Shown: positions 36,079-45,851, counted from the stretch's first letter. The stretch: 64,000 bases of DNA from Terracidiphilus sp. (GCA_050013735.1 JBEKEQ010000002.1:11834-75833); one strand, 5' to 3'. Notes: a model not told the origin generated them from the sequence alone. Program-made: numbers and translations.

Positions 36079-36435
36079 CTACTTGAAGAAGAACATGCGG
36101 CCGCCGATGACGACCAGCGTAATGGCGAAGATGCGGCGCAGCCAGAGCTCGGGAATGTGTTGCGCACCGACAGCGCCGAAATATCCCCCGACCATGAATC
36201 CTGCGGCGAGCAGCAACCCGACGCGCAGGTCGGCGTTGCCTTTGCGGTAGTACTCGAGGAAGGCGAAGATGCCGACCGGAGCAAGAAGCGCGGCGAGCGA
36301 GGTGCCCTGGGCCTTGTACTGATTCATGCCCAGCAACCATATGAGGGCAGGAACAAACAAGACGCCGCCGCCGATACCGACAACGCCGGAAACCAAGCCG
36401 ACCACCAGGCCGACCAGCAGGATGATCCAGGTCAC
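36079..36435 (-). CDS. TauE/SafE (DUF81) family membrane protein, half-size
   Basis: It is 118 aa with 4 predicted TM helices. ..GLVSGVVGIGGGVLFVPAL.. is the family motif. The start is GTG. Confidence 0.7.
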   Translation of the reverse strand: MTWIILLVGLVVGLVSGVVGIGGGVLFVPALIWLLGMNQYKAQGTSLAALLAPVGIFAFLEYYRKGNADLRVGLLLAAGFMVGGYFGAVGAQHIPELWLRRIFAITLVVIGGRMFFFK

Positions 36436-36630
36436 AAGAGCCTCCAGCGGAAGGTTTTCCGCGCCTTCAGGCTACATCATGGGCTTTGGGGTCCGGACAG
36501 AGTGGTGGCGACTGAATCGGCCGCGCCATCGATCTGAATGAACAGAGGGGAACATGGGTCCCCCGTTCACGGCCGCCGGGGCGGCCGTGAAAGACGTGGG
36601 TGTGCTTGCCCGTTGTTTTCAGGCGGATTT

Positions 36631-37314
36631 TCAGTCGGCGGCGAGGGCTTGGAATCGGAACAGCAATCCAGCGGCCGCTCCACCGAGGCTCGGAATGATC
36701 AGGAACAGCCACAGCTGCTGCAGCGCCTGGCCGCCCACGAAAAGGGCAGGTCCCAGGCTGCGGGCAGGGTTTACGCTGACGCCGGTAATGTGGATTCCGG
36801 TGATGTGGATGGCGACCAGGGCGATGCCGATGGCCAGGCCGGCAAAGCCGGTGGGCGCGCTCTTTTGCGTAGCGCCAAGGATCACGATGACGAAGATCAA
36901 CGTGGCCAGGAACTCAAAGAGAATGGCCGAAACGACGTTGTAGCCGCCTTGATAGCCGGGACCCCAGCCGTCCTGGCCGAGGCCGCTGGCGGCTACGTCG
37001 TAACCTCCGCTGACGCCGCTGGCAATAAGGTAAACAGCCCCTGCGGCCAGAATAGCCCCGGCAAACTGGCCGATCCAATAGCCGAAGAGGTCTGCCGTTT
37101 TGAGCCGCCCGGCCACCCAAACGCCCAGGCTGACGGCGGGGTTGATGTGGCAGCCGGAGATGGGCCCAATTCCGTAAGCTGCAGCGATGAGTCCCAGCCC
37201 GAAGGCAAATGCGATGCCCACAATGCCCACATTGGCGCCGGCAACCACAGCCGTTCCTACACCAAAGAAAACCAGGGTGAAAGTGCCCACAAGCTCCGCA
37301 ACGTACTTTTTCAT
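36631..37314 (-). CDS. aqpZ: Aquaporin Z (MIP family water channel)
   Basis: It begins MKKYVAELVGTFTLVFFG.. and has two NPA boxes (HINPAVSLG and SVNPARSLG). ATG at 37314 is chosen. Confidence 0.9.
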   Translation of the reverse strand: MKKYVAELVGTFTLVFFGVGTAVVAGANVGIVGIAFAFGLGLIAAAYGIGPISGCHINPAVSLGVWVAGRLKTADLFGYWIGQFAGAILAAGAVYLIASGVSGGYDVAASGLGQDGWGPGYQGGYNVVSAILFEFLATLIFVIVILGATQKSAPTGFAGLAIGIALVAIHITGIHITGVSVNPARSLGPALFVGGQALQQLWLFLIIPSLGGAAAGLLFRFQALAAD

Positions 37315-37667
37315 GTTTTCTCCATAGGGTTGGTTTTGGCTTCCGCGCCCAGGGGCGCGGCAGCGAGTGCGCACGGCAGCGAGCCGAATGAACTGGAAGG
37401 CAAGCCCCGTGGAAATGGGGTCTGCGCGAGAGGCGAGAAAAGGGGAAGCCGGCTGGCTGTCTGATGTGCCCACGCAGTGTTGCAGGAATCGCCGCGCGAA
37501 GTCAAGAAAATCCTGCGCTTCGACTCATTGCACGGATAGCGGGAGCCCATCCAGGCTCAAATTCATCGTACGTTTGCATAATCTTTGCCTGTTTGAAGTA
37601 CCCTGTTCATAGTTCCGTGCGGCCTACGCAATTGAATTGAAACGGCCGCCGGGCGAGGGCTGACCGT

Positions 37668-38366
37668 TTGAGCCAAACTGTATTTGTTCTGGAAGACGAC
37701 GTAGATATCGCGCGGCTGGTGCAGCATCATCTTGAAGCCGCGGGATTTTCGGCCCGGCTGTACCATACGCCCACCAATGTGATTTCCGACGCCGAGCGGC
37801 AGGCACCGGCGCTGTTTCTGTTGGACATCATGGTTCCGGGCGGGGATGGGCTCGATGTTTGCCGGCGGCTGCGCACCAACCCGGCGCTTTCCACGATTCC
37901 CATCATCTTTTTGACCGCGCGGGCGGGCGAGAACGACCGCGTTCTGGGCCTGGAGATGGGCGCGGACGACTATATTACAAAGCCCTTTGCCACCCGCGAG
38001 CTGGTAGCCCGCGTCAAGGCCGTGCTGCGGCGTTTCGAACGCCCCACGACGCCCTCTATCATCAGCTTTGAAGAAGTGGTCATCGACGCCAACGCCATGC
38101 AGTTGAGGGTGCGGGGCGAGCTAACCACCACCACGGCAACCGAATTCCGGCTGCTGGACTACCTGGCCCGGCACCCCGGCCGGGTGTTCAGCCGCGACCA
38201 CCTGTTGGACGCTGTGTGGGGCGATGCGCGCTTTGTCACCCCTCGCTCGGTAGACGTGTATGTGCGCCGCATCCGTGAGAAAATCGAGGTCGATCCGGAG
38301 AATCCACGCTACCTGAAAACGGTGCGCGGAGCCGGTTACCGGTTCGAGATTCCCAAGGGCGAGTAA
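37668..38366 (+). CDS. OmpR/PhoB-family response regulator (PhoB-like)
   Basis: The receiver domain shows VLEDD.., ..LFLLDIMVPGGDG.. and ..DDYITKPF... The winged-helix output shows ..EFRLLDYLARHPGRVFSRDHLL.. and ..VDVYVRRIREKI... The start is TTG. Confidence 0.85.
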   Translation: MSQTVFVLEDDVDIARLVQHHLEAAGFSARLYHTPTNVISDAERQAPALFLLDIMVPGGDGLDVCRRLRTNPALSTIPIIFLTARAGENDRVLGLEMGADDYITKPFATRELVARVKAVLRRFERPTTPSIISFEEVVIDANAMQLRVRGELTTTTATEFRLLDYLARHPGRVFSRDHLLDAVWGDARFVTPRSVDVYVRRIREKIEVDPENPRYLKTVRGAGYRFEIPKGE

Positions 38367-38371
38367 TTCAA

Positions 38372-39814
38372 GTGACCCCCAAAGTCTTTACCAAGCTGCT
38401 GGCGTTGTTTGTCTTGCTGCTGGTGTTCCAAACGGTGGTGATGGAGCTGATTTTTCGCCGACTGGTGGAATACACGGCGGGCGAGAGCCTGCATCTTCTG
38501 GGCCATGAGGCCCTGTGGTCAGGGCTCATCGCGCTGGTCGTAGCGCTGCCTATTGCAGCCTGGTTTGCGGGCCGGATTACCGCCCGCCTGGGACGCGTGA
38601 CAGCGTTTGCCCGGCGTGTTGCGGAAGGCGATTTGAAGGCCCGGTTGGCCGAATCCGGCGGAGATGAATTCAGCGCCATGGAAGTGGCCCTGAACCAGAC
38701 CGCCGAGCGGCTGGGAGAGAACTTTGCCGAGATCGAGAGCCGCCGCCAGGAACTGGCAGCGATGCTCGATTCCATGCAGGAAGCGGTGGTCGCCATTACT
38801 CCGGATGGACTGGTGCGCTGGTCGAACACCGTGATGCAGCGGATTGCCGGAACCCAGATTCACGCTGGTCGCCCGCTGGTTCACTCCGTGCGCGATCCGG
38901 ATGTGCTGGCCTGCGTGCGGGCAGCGCTTGATCGGCACGAGGTCAGGTTTGGCCGTGCCAACTCGCTGACTCCGGGGCGAACCTTCGAAATCAACGCAGC
39001 TCCTTTGCCCAGAGGCGGCGCACTCGTGGTGCTGCACGATGTAACTGCAATTGAGGCGGCAGAGAAGTCGCGGCGCGACTTTATTGCCAACGTAAGCCAC
39101 GAGCTGCGCACCCCTTTGACTTCGATTCAGGGCTACGTTGAGACGCTGGTGGAGGAGCCGGTTCCAAAGCCGGAAACTACGCGCGAATTTTTGGGAGTGA
39201 TTCTGAAGAACGCCGCGCGCATGAACCGCCTGACCGAGGATCTGCTGGCCCTGGCCAGCGTGGAAAGCCCCGACTACAAACTGACGCTTCAACCCATTCG
39301 CGCCTCGGCACTGGTTCATGACGCAATCGAGTCGCTGGGCGGAATCGTGGTGGAGTCGCAGGTGAAGCTTGAGTCAGCCGGCGCACCAGATACGCTGGTC
39401 CTGGCGGACCCCGACGCCATGAACCAGGTCTTCGGGAACCTGATCGAGAATGCGCTGAAATACGGCCAGACCGGGAAACAAATTCGGGTGGGCGCCCGGG
39501 ATCTGGAAGCGGAGGTGGAGTTCATCGTTCAGGATTTCGGCCCCGGTATTGCCTTCGAGCACCTGGAGCGAATCTTTGAGCGCTTCTACCGGATTGACAA
39601 AGCCCGCTCACGTGAGTCAGGCGGAACAGGCCTGGGGCTGGCCATCGTGAAACACATCGTTCAGGCGCATGGGGGACGCATCTGGGCTGAGAGCGAATTG
39701 GGCGCGGGCGCCGCGTTCCACTTTACGCTGCTCCTGGCTCGGGTGCCGCAAAATCCGCACGAGGCCAATGGAACGGATGCGGAAACCGCAGCCAGCCACT
39801 TGGCGCAAGGTTGA
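38372..39814 (+). CDS. Sensor histidine kinase, PhoR-like (TM, HAMP, PAS, HisKA, HATPase_c)
   Basis: It has HAMP (..VAEGDLKARL..) and PAS (..LDSMQEAVVAITPDG..) domains. The H-box is FIANVSHELRTPLTSIQGY, and the N and G boxes are ..NLIENALKY.. and ..GGTGLGLAIVKH... Confidence 0.85.
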   Translation: MTPKVFTKLLALFVLLLVFQTVVMELIFRRLVEYTAGESLHLLGHEALWSGLIALVVALPIAAWFAGRITARLGRVTAFARRVAEGDLKARLAESGGDEFSAMEVALNQTAERLGENFAEIESRRQELAAMLDSMQEAVVAITPDGLVRWSNTVMQRIAGTQIHAGRPLVHSVRDPDVLACVRAALDRHEVRFGRANSLTPGRTFEINAAPLPRGGALVVLHDVTAIEAAEKSRRDFIANVSHELRTPLTSIQGYVETLVEEPVPKPETTREFLGVILKNAARMNRLTEDLLALASVESPDYKLTLQPIRASALVHDAIESLGGIVVESQVKLESAGAPDTLVLADPDAMNQVFGNLIENALKYGQTGKQIRVGARDLEAEVEFIVQDFGPGIAFEHLERIFERFYRIDKARSRESGGTGLGLAIVKHIVQAHGGRIWAESELGAGAAFHFTLLLARVPQNPHEANGTDAETAASHLAQG

Positions 39815-39879
39815 ATTCGAGCTGCAGCCGGCGATTCAATCCTCTTCAATCATGCCCATTCACAGCCACGTCAGTTAGT

Positions 39880-41973
39880 ATGATGGCCGGGAGGATGCCT
39901 GTGAGAATAACTTCGCTTGCCGTTGTGCTTTACCTCCTGGTGATGAGCGCGGCCCAGGCGCAGCAGCGGCCCCCGGCCGTGCCGCTGGTGGCCCACGACC
40001 CCTATTTCAGCATCTGGTCAATGGCCGACAAGCTGACCGATCAGGACACGAAGCACTGGACCGGTGCGCGACAGCCCATCATCGGCCTGGCCCGCATCGA
40101 CGGCGAGACGTGGCGCTTTATGGGCGCGTCGCCGCGCGATCTTCCCGCAATGGATCAAGTGAGTCTGGACGTAACCGCCACCCATACCGTCTACCAGTTC
40201 AAGGCAGGCCAGGTGACGCTCACCGTGACCTTCTTCACGCCCGCTTTCCCGAAAGACCTGGATGCACTTTCCCGGCCGGTTACTTACCTTACCTTTACGG
40301 CCGTGGGCGAGGGCGAACACGATCTTTCTATTCTGCTCGACGTGGACCCGGTCATCGCAGTCAACACCGCGGACGAGGCCGTGACCTGGGGCCGTTCGCG
40401 CGCGCAGGGTCTCACCGTTCTTAACGCCGGCTCACGCGACCAGCGCGTCTTGAATCGATCTGGCGACGATCTGCGCATCGACTGGGGCTATTTTCACCTG
40501 GCTGTTCCCGATCAGGCAGCGGCGCAGTTGGCCCTATCCTACGATGCTCGTAAGAGCTTTGCCGCGACCGGCGCGCTGCCCCCGAACGACGACATGGATA
40601 TGCCCCTCGCGCCTTGCGACAGGGCCGCGCACCTGGCGGCGGCGCTGTCCATGGGCAAGCTCTCCAACGTGCCGGTCAGCCGCCACGTGCTGCTGGCCTA
40701 CACCGAGGAATATTCAATCGAGTACCTGGGCCGCAAGCTCAGGCCTTACTGGCAGCGCGACGGCATGAGCGTGCAGCAAATGCTGGCCATTGCGGAAGGC
40801 CAATATGCGAGCCTCGATGAGCGGGGACGGCGCTTCGACCGGGAGTTAGCGGCGGACCTGGAGGCGACCGGCGGGAAGGACTATGCGCGGCTTGCCATCC
40901 TGGCCTTTCGGCAGACGCTGGCCGCCCATGGATTTGCCGCCGATGTGGACGGCACGCCCATGCTCTTTCCCAAAGAGAACTTCTCCAATGGCTGCATTTC
41001 GACGGTGGATGTGCTGTACCCTTCGGCGCCCTTCTTTCTTTTCTTCAACCCCGCGCTGATTGAGGCGCAGTTGAAGCCGGTGATGGAGTACGCCGCGCTG
41101 CCACGGTGGAAGTGGCCCTTTGCCCCCCACGACCTGGGCACCTATCCGCTTGCCAACGGCCAGCGTTACGGCGGCGGAGAAGCAACGGATGAGAACCAGA
41201 TGCCGGTGGAAGAGAGCGGCAATCTGCTCATCATGGCCGCGGCCATGGGGCGCGAAACGGGCAACTGGGAGTTCGCCCGCGCCTACTGGCCCCAGTTCAG
41301 CAAATGGGCCGGGTATCTGCGCGACAAGGGGCTTGACCCGGCCAATCAGCTTTCCACCGACGACTTCGCCGGGCACTTGGCCCACAACGCCAATCTCTCT
41401 ATCAAAGCGATTGAGGGGTTGGCCGCGTATGCAGCAATGGCCAACGGGGTGGGAAAGCCCGACGTGGCCGCGGAATATTCCAAGGTCGCCGCGGAAATGG
41501 CGGCCCAGTGGCAGACGATGGCCATCGATGGCGACCACTACAAGCTGGCCTTCGACAAACCCGGAACTTGGAGCCAGAAATACAATCTGGCGTGGGATCG
41601 AGTTCTGAATCTGAACTTGTTTCCGGCCCGCGTGCGGCAGATGGAAGTGGCCTTCTATCTGAAGCATCTGAATGAGTTCGGCTTGCCGCTCGACAGTCGT
41701 GCCGATTACACCAAGCTTGACTGGGAAATATGGACGGCTACGCTCGCGGATGCGGCACAGCCCGGCGGGCCGGACGCATTCAGCACCCTGCTGGCGCCGA
41801 TTGGCGGATGGATCGACAAGGGACCCAGCCGGGTTCCATTGACGGACTGGTACGACACCAAAGATGGCAAGCAAGAGGCGTTTCAGGCGCGCTCGGTGGT
41901 TGGCGGGGTTTACATGAAGGCATTGGCTGACAAGGCGCTTGCCGCGAAGTGGCGGGACCGGGTCGATCCGTAG
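39880..41973 (+). CDS. Glutaminase-A-like protein (DUF4965/DUF5127/DUF1793 architecture), exported
   Basis: The signal peptide is MMAGRMPVRITSLAVVLYLLVMSAAQAQ. It shows ..HDPYFSIWS.., ..DVLYPSAPFFLFFNP.., ..PFAPHDLGTYP.., ..MPVEESGNLLIM.. and ..QLSTDDFAGHLAHNANLSIKAI... Confidence 0.7.
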   Translation: MMAGRMPVRITSLAVVLYLLVMSAAQAQQRPPAVPLVAHDPYFSIWSMADKLTDQDTKHWTGARQPIIGLARIDGETWRFMGASPRDLPAMDQVSLDVTATHTVYQFKAGQVTLTVTFFTPAFPKDLDALSRPVTYLTFTAVGEGEHDLSILLDVDPVIAVNTADEAVTWGRSRAQGLTVLNAGSRDQRVLNRSGDDLRIDWGYFHLAVPDQAAAQLALSYDARKSFAATGALPPNDDMDMPLAPCDRAAHLAAALSMGKLSNVPVSRHVLLAYTEEYSIEYLGRKLRPYWQRDGMSVQQMLAIAEGQYASLDERGRRFDRELAADLEATGGKDYARLAILAFRQTLAAHGFAADVDGTPMLFPKENFSNGCISTVDVLYPSAPFFLFFNPALIEAQLKPVMEYAALPRWKWPFAPHDLGTYPLANGQRYGGGEATDENQMPVEESGNLLIMAAAMGRETGNWEFARAYWPQFSKWAGYLRDKGLDPANQLSTDDFAGHLAHNANLSIKAIEGLAAYAAMANGVGKPDVAAEYSKVAAEMAAQWQTMAIDGDHYKLAFDKPGTWSQKYNLAWDRVLNLNLFPARVRQMEVAFYLKHLNEFGLPLDSRADYTKLDWEIWTATLADAAQPGGPDAFSTLLAPIGGWIDKGPSRVPLTDWYDTKDGKQEAFQARSVVGGVYMKALADKALAAKWRDRVDP

Positions 41974-42117
41974 TAGCCGTTGTTCTTGACTAGCGGGATA
42001 TGGAGATTCCTGTGCTTTCCCCGGCCGTGAATGCGCGAATACGGTCGCCGATTCAAACGCCATTAACATTTCGCGCAGACAATTGAATCAGTTACGTTAA
42101 CTGCGAGGGAGAATTCA

Positions 42118-43119
42118 GTGAAAAAGTCTTTGGTTGCTGTTTTGTTGTCGATTTTGGCCGTGAGCACGGCTCAGGCGCAAAAATTGACTGGGGCGGGTGC
42201 AACTTTCCCCTATCCAATTTATTCGAAATGGTTTAGCGAGTACAGCAGGGCGCATCCGGGGGTCGAGATCAACTATCAATCGATCGGTTCGGGCGGCGGG
42301 ATCAAGCAGTTCACTTCGGGGTTGGTTGATTTTGGGGCCTCAGACGTGCCCCTCACTGACGAGCAGATCGCTGCGTCGAAGGTTAAGCTGACCATGATTC
42401 CCACGGTGCTGGGCGCAGTGGTGCCAGTCTTCAACATTCCCGGCGTCAGCGACATCAAGCTCAGCGGAGATGTGCTGGCCGACATTTTTCTGGGCAAAAT
42501 CGCCACCTGGAATGACGGGCGGATCGCGAAAGACAATCCTGGCGTGAGCCTTCCCAATCAGAAGATCATCGTGGTTCATCGCTCCGACGGCAGCGGCACC
42601 ACATTTATTTTTACTGACTACCTGAGCAAGGTGAGCAATGAGTGGGCCAATGGACCCGGCAAGGGCGCATCGCCGAGTTGGCCTGTGGGAGTCGGCGGCA
42701 AGGGCAACGAGGGCGTGGCCGGGCTGGTTCGGCAGTTGCCGGGAGCGCTGGGTTATGTAGAGTTGATCTACGCCCTGCAAAACCACATCACGTTTGGCGA
42801 AGTAAAGAACGCGGCAGGGAGCTGGCAGAGAGCTTCAATCGAAGGCGTAACTGCGGCCGCGGCCAGCATCAAGACGCTTCCGGCCGACTACCGCGTCTCT
42901 ATTACCAACGCGCCGGGCAAAGACGCCTATCCCATCTCAAGCTTCACCTGGATGCTGGTTCCGCTCAAGTCTGCGGATCCGGCAAAAGGCAAAGTGATCA
43001 AGGACCTGCTCAGCTGGATCGTGAACTCAGGCGAGAGCGAGGTTTCCTCTCTCTCTTACGCGCCGCTGCCCAAGTCGGTTGCGGAAAAAGTGCTGAAGAC
43101 GGTTTATTCCCTTCAATAA
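42118..43119 (+). CDS. pstS: Phosphate ABC transporter substrate-binding protein
   Basis: GTG follows GAGGGAG. A signal peptide is followed by ..LTGAGATFPYPIYSKWF.., ..INYQSIGSGGG.., ..FGASD.. and ..VHRSDGSGTT... Confidence 0.9.
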   Translation: MKKSLVAVLLSILAVSTAQAQKLTGAGATFPYPIYSKWFSEYSRAHPGVEINYQSIGSGGGIKQFTSGLVDFGASDVPLTDEQIAASKVKLTMIPTVLGAVVPVFNIPGVSDIKLSGDVLADIFLGKIATWNDGRIAKDNPGVSLPNQKIIVVHRSDGSGTTFIFTDYLSKVSNEWANGPGKGASPSWPVGVGGKGNEGVAGLVRQLPGALGYVELIYALQNHITFGEVKNAAGSWQRASIEGVTAAAASIKTLPADYRVSITNAPGKDAYPISSFTWMLVPLKSADPAKGKVIKDLLSWIVNSGESEVSSLSYAPLPKSVAEKVLKTVYSLQ

Positions 43120-43125
43120 GCCTCC

Positions 43126-43165
43126 GGATTGACAGGTCCGGCATTCCCGCCGGACCTGTCAATCC
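43126..43165 (+). terminator. Perfect 16-bp hairpin immediately after pstS (no strong U-tail)
   Basis: GGATTGACAGGTCCGG (43126-43141), an 8-nt loop, then CCGGACCTGTCAATCC (43150-43165). A second hairpin, CTGGCCCCGC..GCGGGGGCCAG, lies about 30 nt downstream. Confidence 0.5.
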
Positions 43166-43323
43166 ACACATTTACAACCGGAGTTCCCATGCCTGGCCCC
43201 GCACAAGCGGGGGCCAGCAGTGAGCTTGACGTGTCTTCAGAAGGCCCTCCCAACGTCCTGAATTTTGTCTACCGCCTCTTATCGAGGTCGCGCTAGTATG
43301 TGTGAACGAGGGGGCGCGAAATC

Positions 43324-43743
43324 ATGGGGAAAACGCTCAGGATGTTGATGGCCATCACACTACTGCTTTCTCCGGGGCTCTCCCTGGCGAGTGGGGAGCG
43401 CTTCGACGGCAAATGGATCACCACCGTCTCCTGCGACGCTTTCAGAGACGCACTGGGCTTCTCGTACCGGTTCGTCGGCGAGGTCAAGGACGGCAACTTC
43501 AGCGGACTACATGGCACCGAGGGCGAGCCCGGCTACCTGCTGGTCGAAGGCAAGATCGCCGACGATGGCACGGCCAGGTTGTATGCCACAGGCAAGACCG
43601 GATCGAAGGAATACGTTCCTGGCCGCGACACACAAAAAGGTACGGAATATGGCTACCACATCAAGGCGCAGTTTCAGGAGCTGACCGGAACTGGGACGCG
43701 GGTCGAAGGACGGCCTTGTTCGTACGAATTCGAGAAGAAATAG
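43324..43743 (+). CDS. Hypothetical exported protein (139 aa)
   Basis: The ATG follows a GAGGGGG about 12-13 nt upstream. The signal peptide is MGKTLRMLMAITLLLSPGLSLASG. I recognise no family. Confidence 0.55.
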   Translation: MGKTLRMLMAITLLLSPGLSLASGERFDGKWITTVSCDAFRDALGFSYRFVGEVKDGNFSGLHGTEGEPGYLLVEGKIADDGTARLYATGKTGSKEYVPGRDTQKGTEYGYHIKAQFQELTGTGTRVEGRPCSYEFEKK

Positions 43744-43779
43744 GGCTCTTTCGCAGGCTCGCCTTGAGCGTCGAAGCCG

Positions 43780-44103
43780 CTAGCCCTTCAGCTGTTCCGC
43801 AATGAGGCGATCGACCAGCGCCAACAGATGCTCGCCGGTTCGCGGCAAAACGAAAGCTGAAACTGCATCGTCCCAGTCAAGCTTGAAGCTGGTGGAAAGA
43901 GCCGAAATCCAGATTTGCCTCACCGGGCTGTTGGGGGTAATAACGAATTTGCCCGGCGGCTCTGCGAAGATCACGTTCAACGCGCCAGCTTGTTCCTCCA
44001 CCTCGAATCCGGCCTCGTCGTCCTCTTCAAGCAAAATGAGATGCTGCTCTAGAGAATCAAGAGCAATTTCGACCAGTTTGCGGAACTCAAGCTCGTCTAA
44101 CAT
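43780..44103 (-). CDS. cyaY: Iron donor protein CyaY (frataxin homolog)
   Basis: MLDELEFRKLVEIALDSLEQHL.. and ..GKFVITPNSPVRQIWISALSTSFKLDW.. are typical of CyaY. Confidence 0.85.
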   Translation of the reverse strand: MLDELEFRKLVEIALDSLEQHLILLEEDDEAGFEVEEQAGALNVIFAEPPGKFVITPNSPVRQIWISALSTSFKLDWDDAVSAFVLPRTGEHLLALVDRLIAEQLKG

Positions 44104-44407
44104 GGCCCCAGTTTACCAAGGCTGCATCAGAGCCGGCAGGGGGCATCGGGCGCCATTGACAGCGCGATGAGAGTGTTGGCGAAAATGGTTCGGGTTTTCG
44201 TCTATTTTCTCCGGCTTTTCACGGGAGAATTGCACATCCTTCATCCCTGTACCCTCATACTCTGCCTGTACCCTAGAGCGAAACCAGAGCAGCTGTGTCC
44301 GATTTGGGTCATGGAAGGTCGCCGCTTCCTGCTTGTGGCGTCGACTTGAATGCTGCGGTTTCGGGATGCAGCCACTCTGGTTCCGCTGAAGTCGGGAGGT
44401 CGACGGG

Positions 44408-45283
44408 ATGCGCATGCTGAACGTGGTGGTTTCGGTACTGGCCCTCATTCAAGGCGGCGCTTGCGCCCTTGCCCTCGAGTCGGAACAGCCCATTCCGGCG
44501 GGGCGGTTGGTGCGCGAGGTGGTTTACAACGAGCTGAGCGACCATCACGCCCATGGATATTGGCGTTACTGGATCGAGCGCCACACCTCAAGGGACACCC
44601 GGCTGGAAGATCAGATCGAAACCGCCGACGGGCCCATTGCGCGGCTCTCACTGAGCAACGGGCGCCCCCTCAGCGCGGATGCGGAAGCACAGGAACAGGC
44701 CCGGCTGGAGAGGCTTTTGACCTCGCCCGACGAGCAGGCAAAACTTCGGCGCGACTATGAAGAGGACGAAAACAGGATCGGCCGCATTCTTGCTTTGCTT
44801 CCGGATGCCTTTCTCTACAAGTACGACGGCGATGAGAACGGCTGCCACCGTCTCAGCTTCCGGCCCAATCCGGATTATCCGCCGCACTCCATTGAAGCCC
44901 GCATCTTCCACGCCATGAGCGGGACGCTGTGGGTGGACGCACGCTATAAGCGGCTGGCCCGGTTGGACGGGCACGTGGAAGACAATCTGGATTTCGGCTA
45001 CGGAATCCTGGGCCGGCTTTACAAAGGCGGATGGTTCCAGTTGCAGCGTGCCCAGGTGAGCGCGACGGACTGGAAGACGGAACGGCTTGAGGTCCACATG
45101 TGCGGCCGCGCCTTGCTGGTGAAGAACTTTGCAAAGGAAACCAGCGAAGTGAGGGGAGGGTTTGCGCCGGTGCCCGCCGGGATGAACCTGGCCCAGGGAA
45201 TGGCAATGCTGAATCGGACCGAAGCCCGGAACCCGGCGAAACCTTCGCTGGTGACGCCGGCAGCGCTGGCAATGCGCAGGTAA
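44408..45283 (+). CDS. Hypothetical exported protein (291 aa)
   Basis: The signal-like N-terminus is MRMLNVVVSVLALIQGGACALA. The ORF shows good coding potential by eye. I recognise no family. Confidence 0.6.
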   Translation: MRMLNVVVSVLALIQGGACALALESEQPIPAGRLVREVVYNELSDHHAHGYWRYWIERHTSRDTRLEDQIETADGPIARLSLSNGRPLSADAEAQEQARLERLLTSPDEQAKLRRDYEEDENRIGRILALLPDAFLYKYDGDENGCHRLSFRPNPDYPPHSIEARIFHAMSGTLWVDARYKRLARLDGHVEDNLDFGYGILGRLYKGGWFQLQRAQVSATDWKTERLEVHMCGRALLVKNFAKETSEVRGGFAPVPAGMNLAQGMAMLNRTEARNPAKPSLVTPAALAMRR

Positions 45284-45435
45284 TTCGTCTTCTCTTTTAA
45301 AGCGCAGCCGCATGCACGAAATTGCAAAATGGCTCAGCGCTGTCTCGATTTCGGACAAGATGGCGGGTGCGATTCAAGTTCGGCGCAAACCGGTCGATAG
45401 AGTCAGCGTGGGAAGCTCGAAAGTCGGGAGACGTC

Positions 45436-45699
45436 ATGGGGATCACTCCGATTAGCAACTTGTCGCCGTTGCCGCTGGCCCGCTCCGAGCCGGAGCTTGA
45501 GCCGCTGCCCATGGCGCGGGTAGAGAACTCAGCTAGGACCGGAGACGAAACCTATTCGCCCAGCGGCGGGAAATCGGCCGGGGGATCGGAAGACGGGACC
45601 GACGAGGAATTCGAGGATACAGCAGAGGAGACAGAGGCCGAATCCGGCGCTGCTCCTGCGGAGCGGAAGGACAGCCGGCAGATCAGCTTCTTTGCGTGA
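45436..45699 (+). CDS. Hypothetical small acidic protein (87 aa)
   Basis: ATG at 45436 is preceded by GGGAG. The protein is low-complexity and acidic (..GSEDGTDEEFEDTAEETEAE..). Whether it is coding is uncertain. Confidence 0.35.
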   Translation: MGITPISNLSPLPLARSEPELEPLPMARVENSARTGDETYSPSGGKSAGGSEDGTDEEFEDTAEETEAESGAAPAERKDSRQISFFA

Positions 45700-45851
45700 A
45701 CTGATCGGGGTTCCGGCGGGGGACGCGGTTTGCAGTCGAGGCTTGCGTCAGCCACGCCTGCTCCCAGGTAGTGAACTCATGAATTAAGGCATGAATATTT
45801 GAGGTTCTTCTATCTCGATCGCTTGCGAAAGTCTTCGGGCGGTGCTACTTT

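Noticed and set aside
36538-37464. A 308-aa plus-strand ORF overlapping the aquaporin gene.
   Set aside because: The minus-strand frame contains both NPA boxes and six TM helices of AqpZ. The plus-strand product is low-complexity and Gly/Asp/Ala-rich.
37573-37588. TTTGC-N6-TTTGC direct repeats with 11-bp spacing upstream of the PhoB-like gene, considered as a Pho box.
   Set aside because: They do not match the CTGTCAT-type Pho box consensus, and I found no comparable repeat upstream of pstS. The repeats are too short to distinguish from chance.
40846-42069. A 407-aa minus-strand ORF opposite the DUF4965 glutaminase-like gene.
   Set aside because: It is antisense to a well-supported exported enzyme gene. 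It has no domain signature and a composition typical of high-G+C antisense frames.
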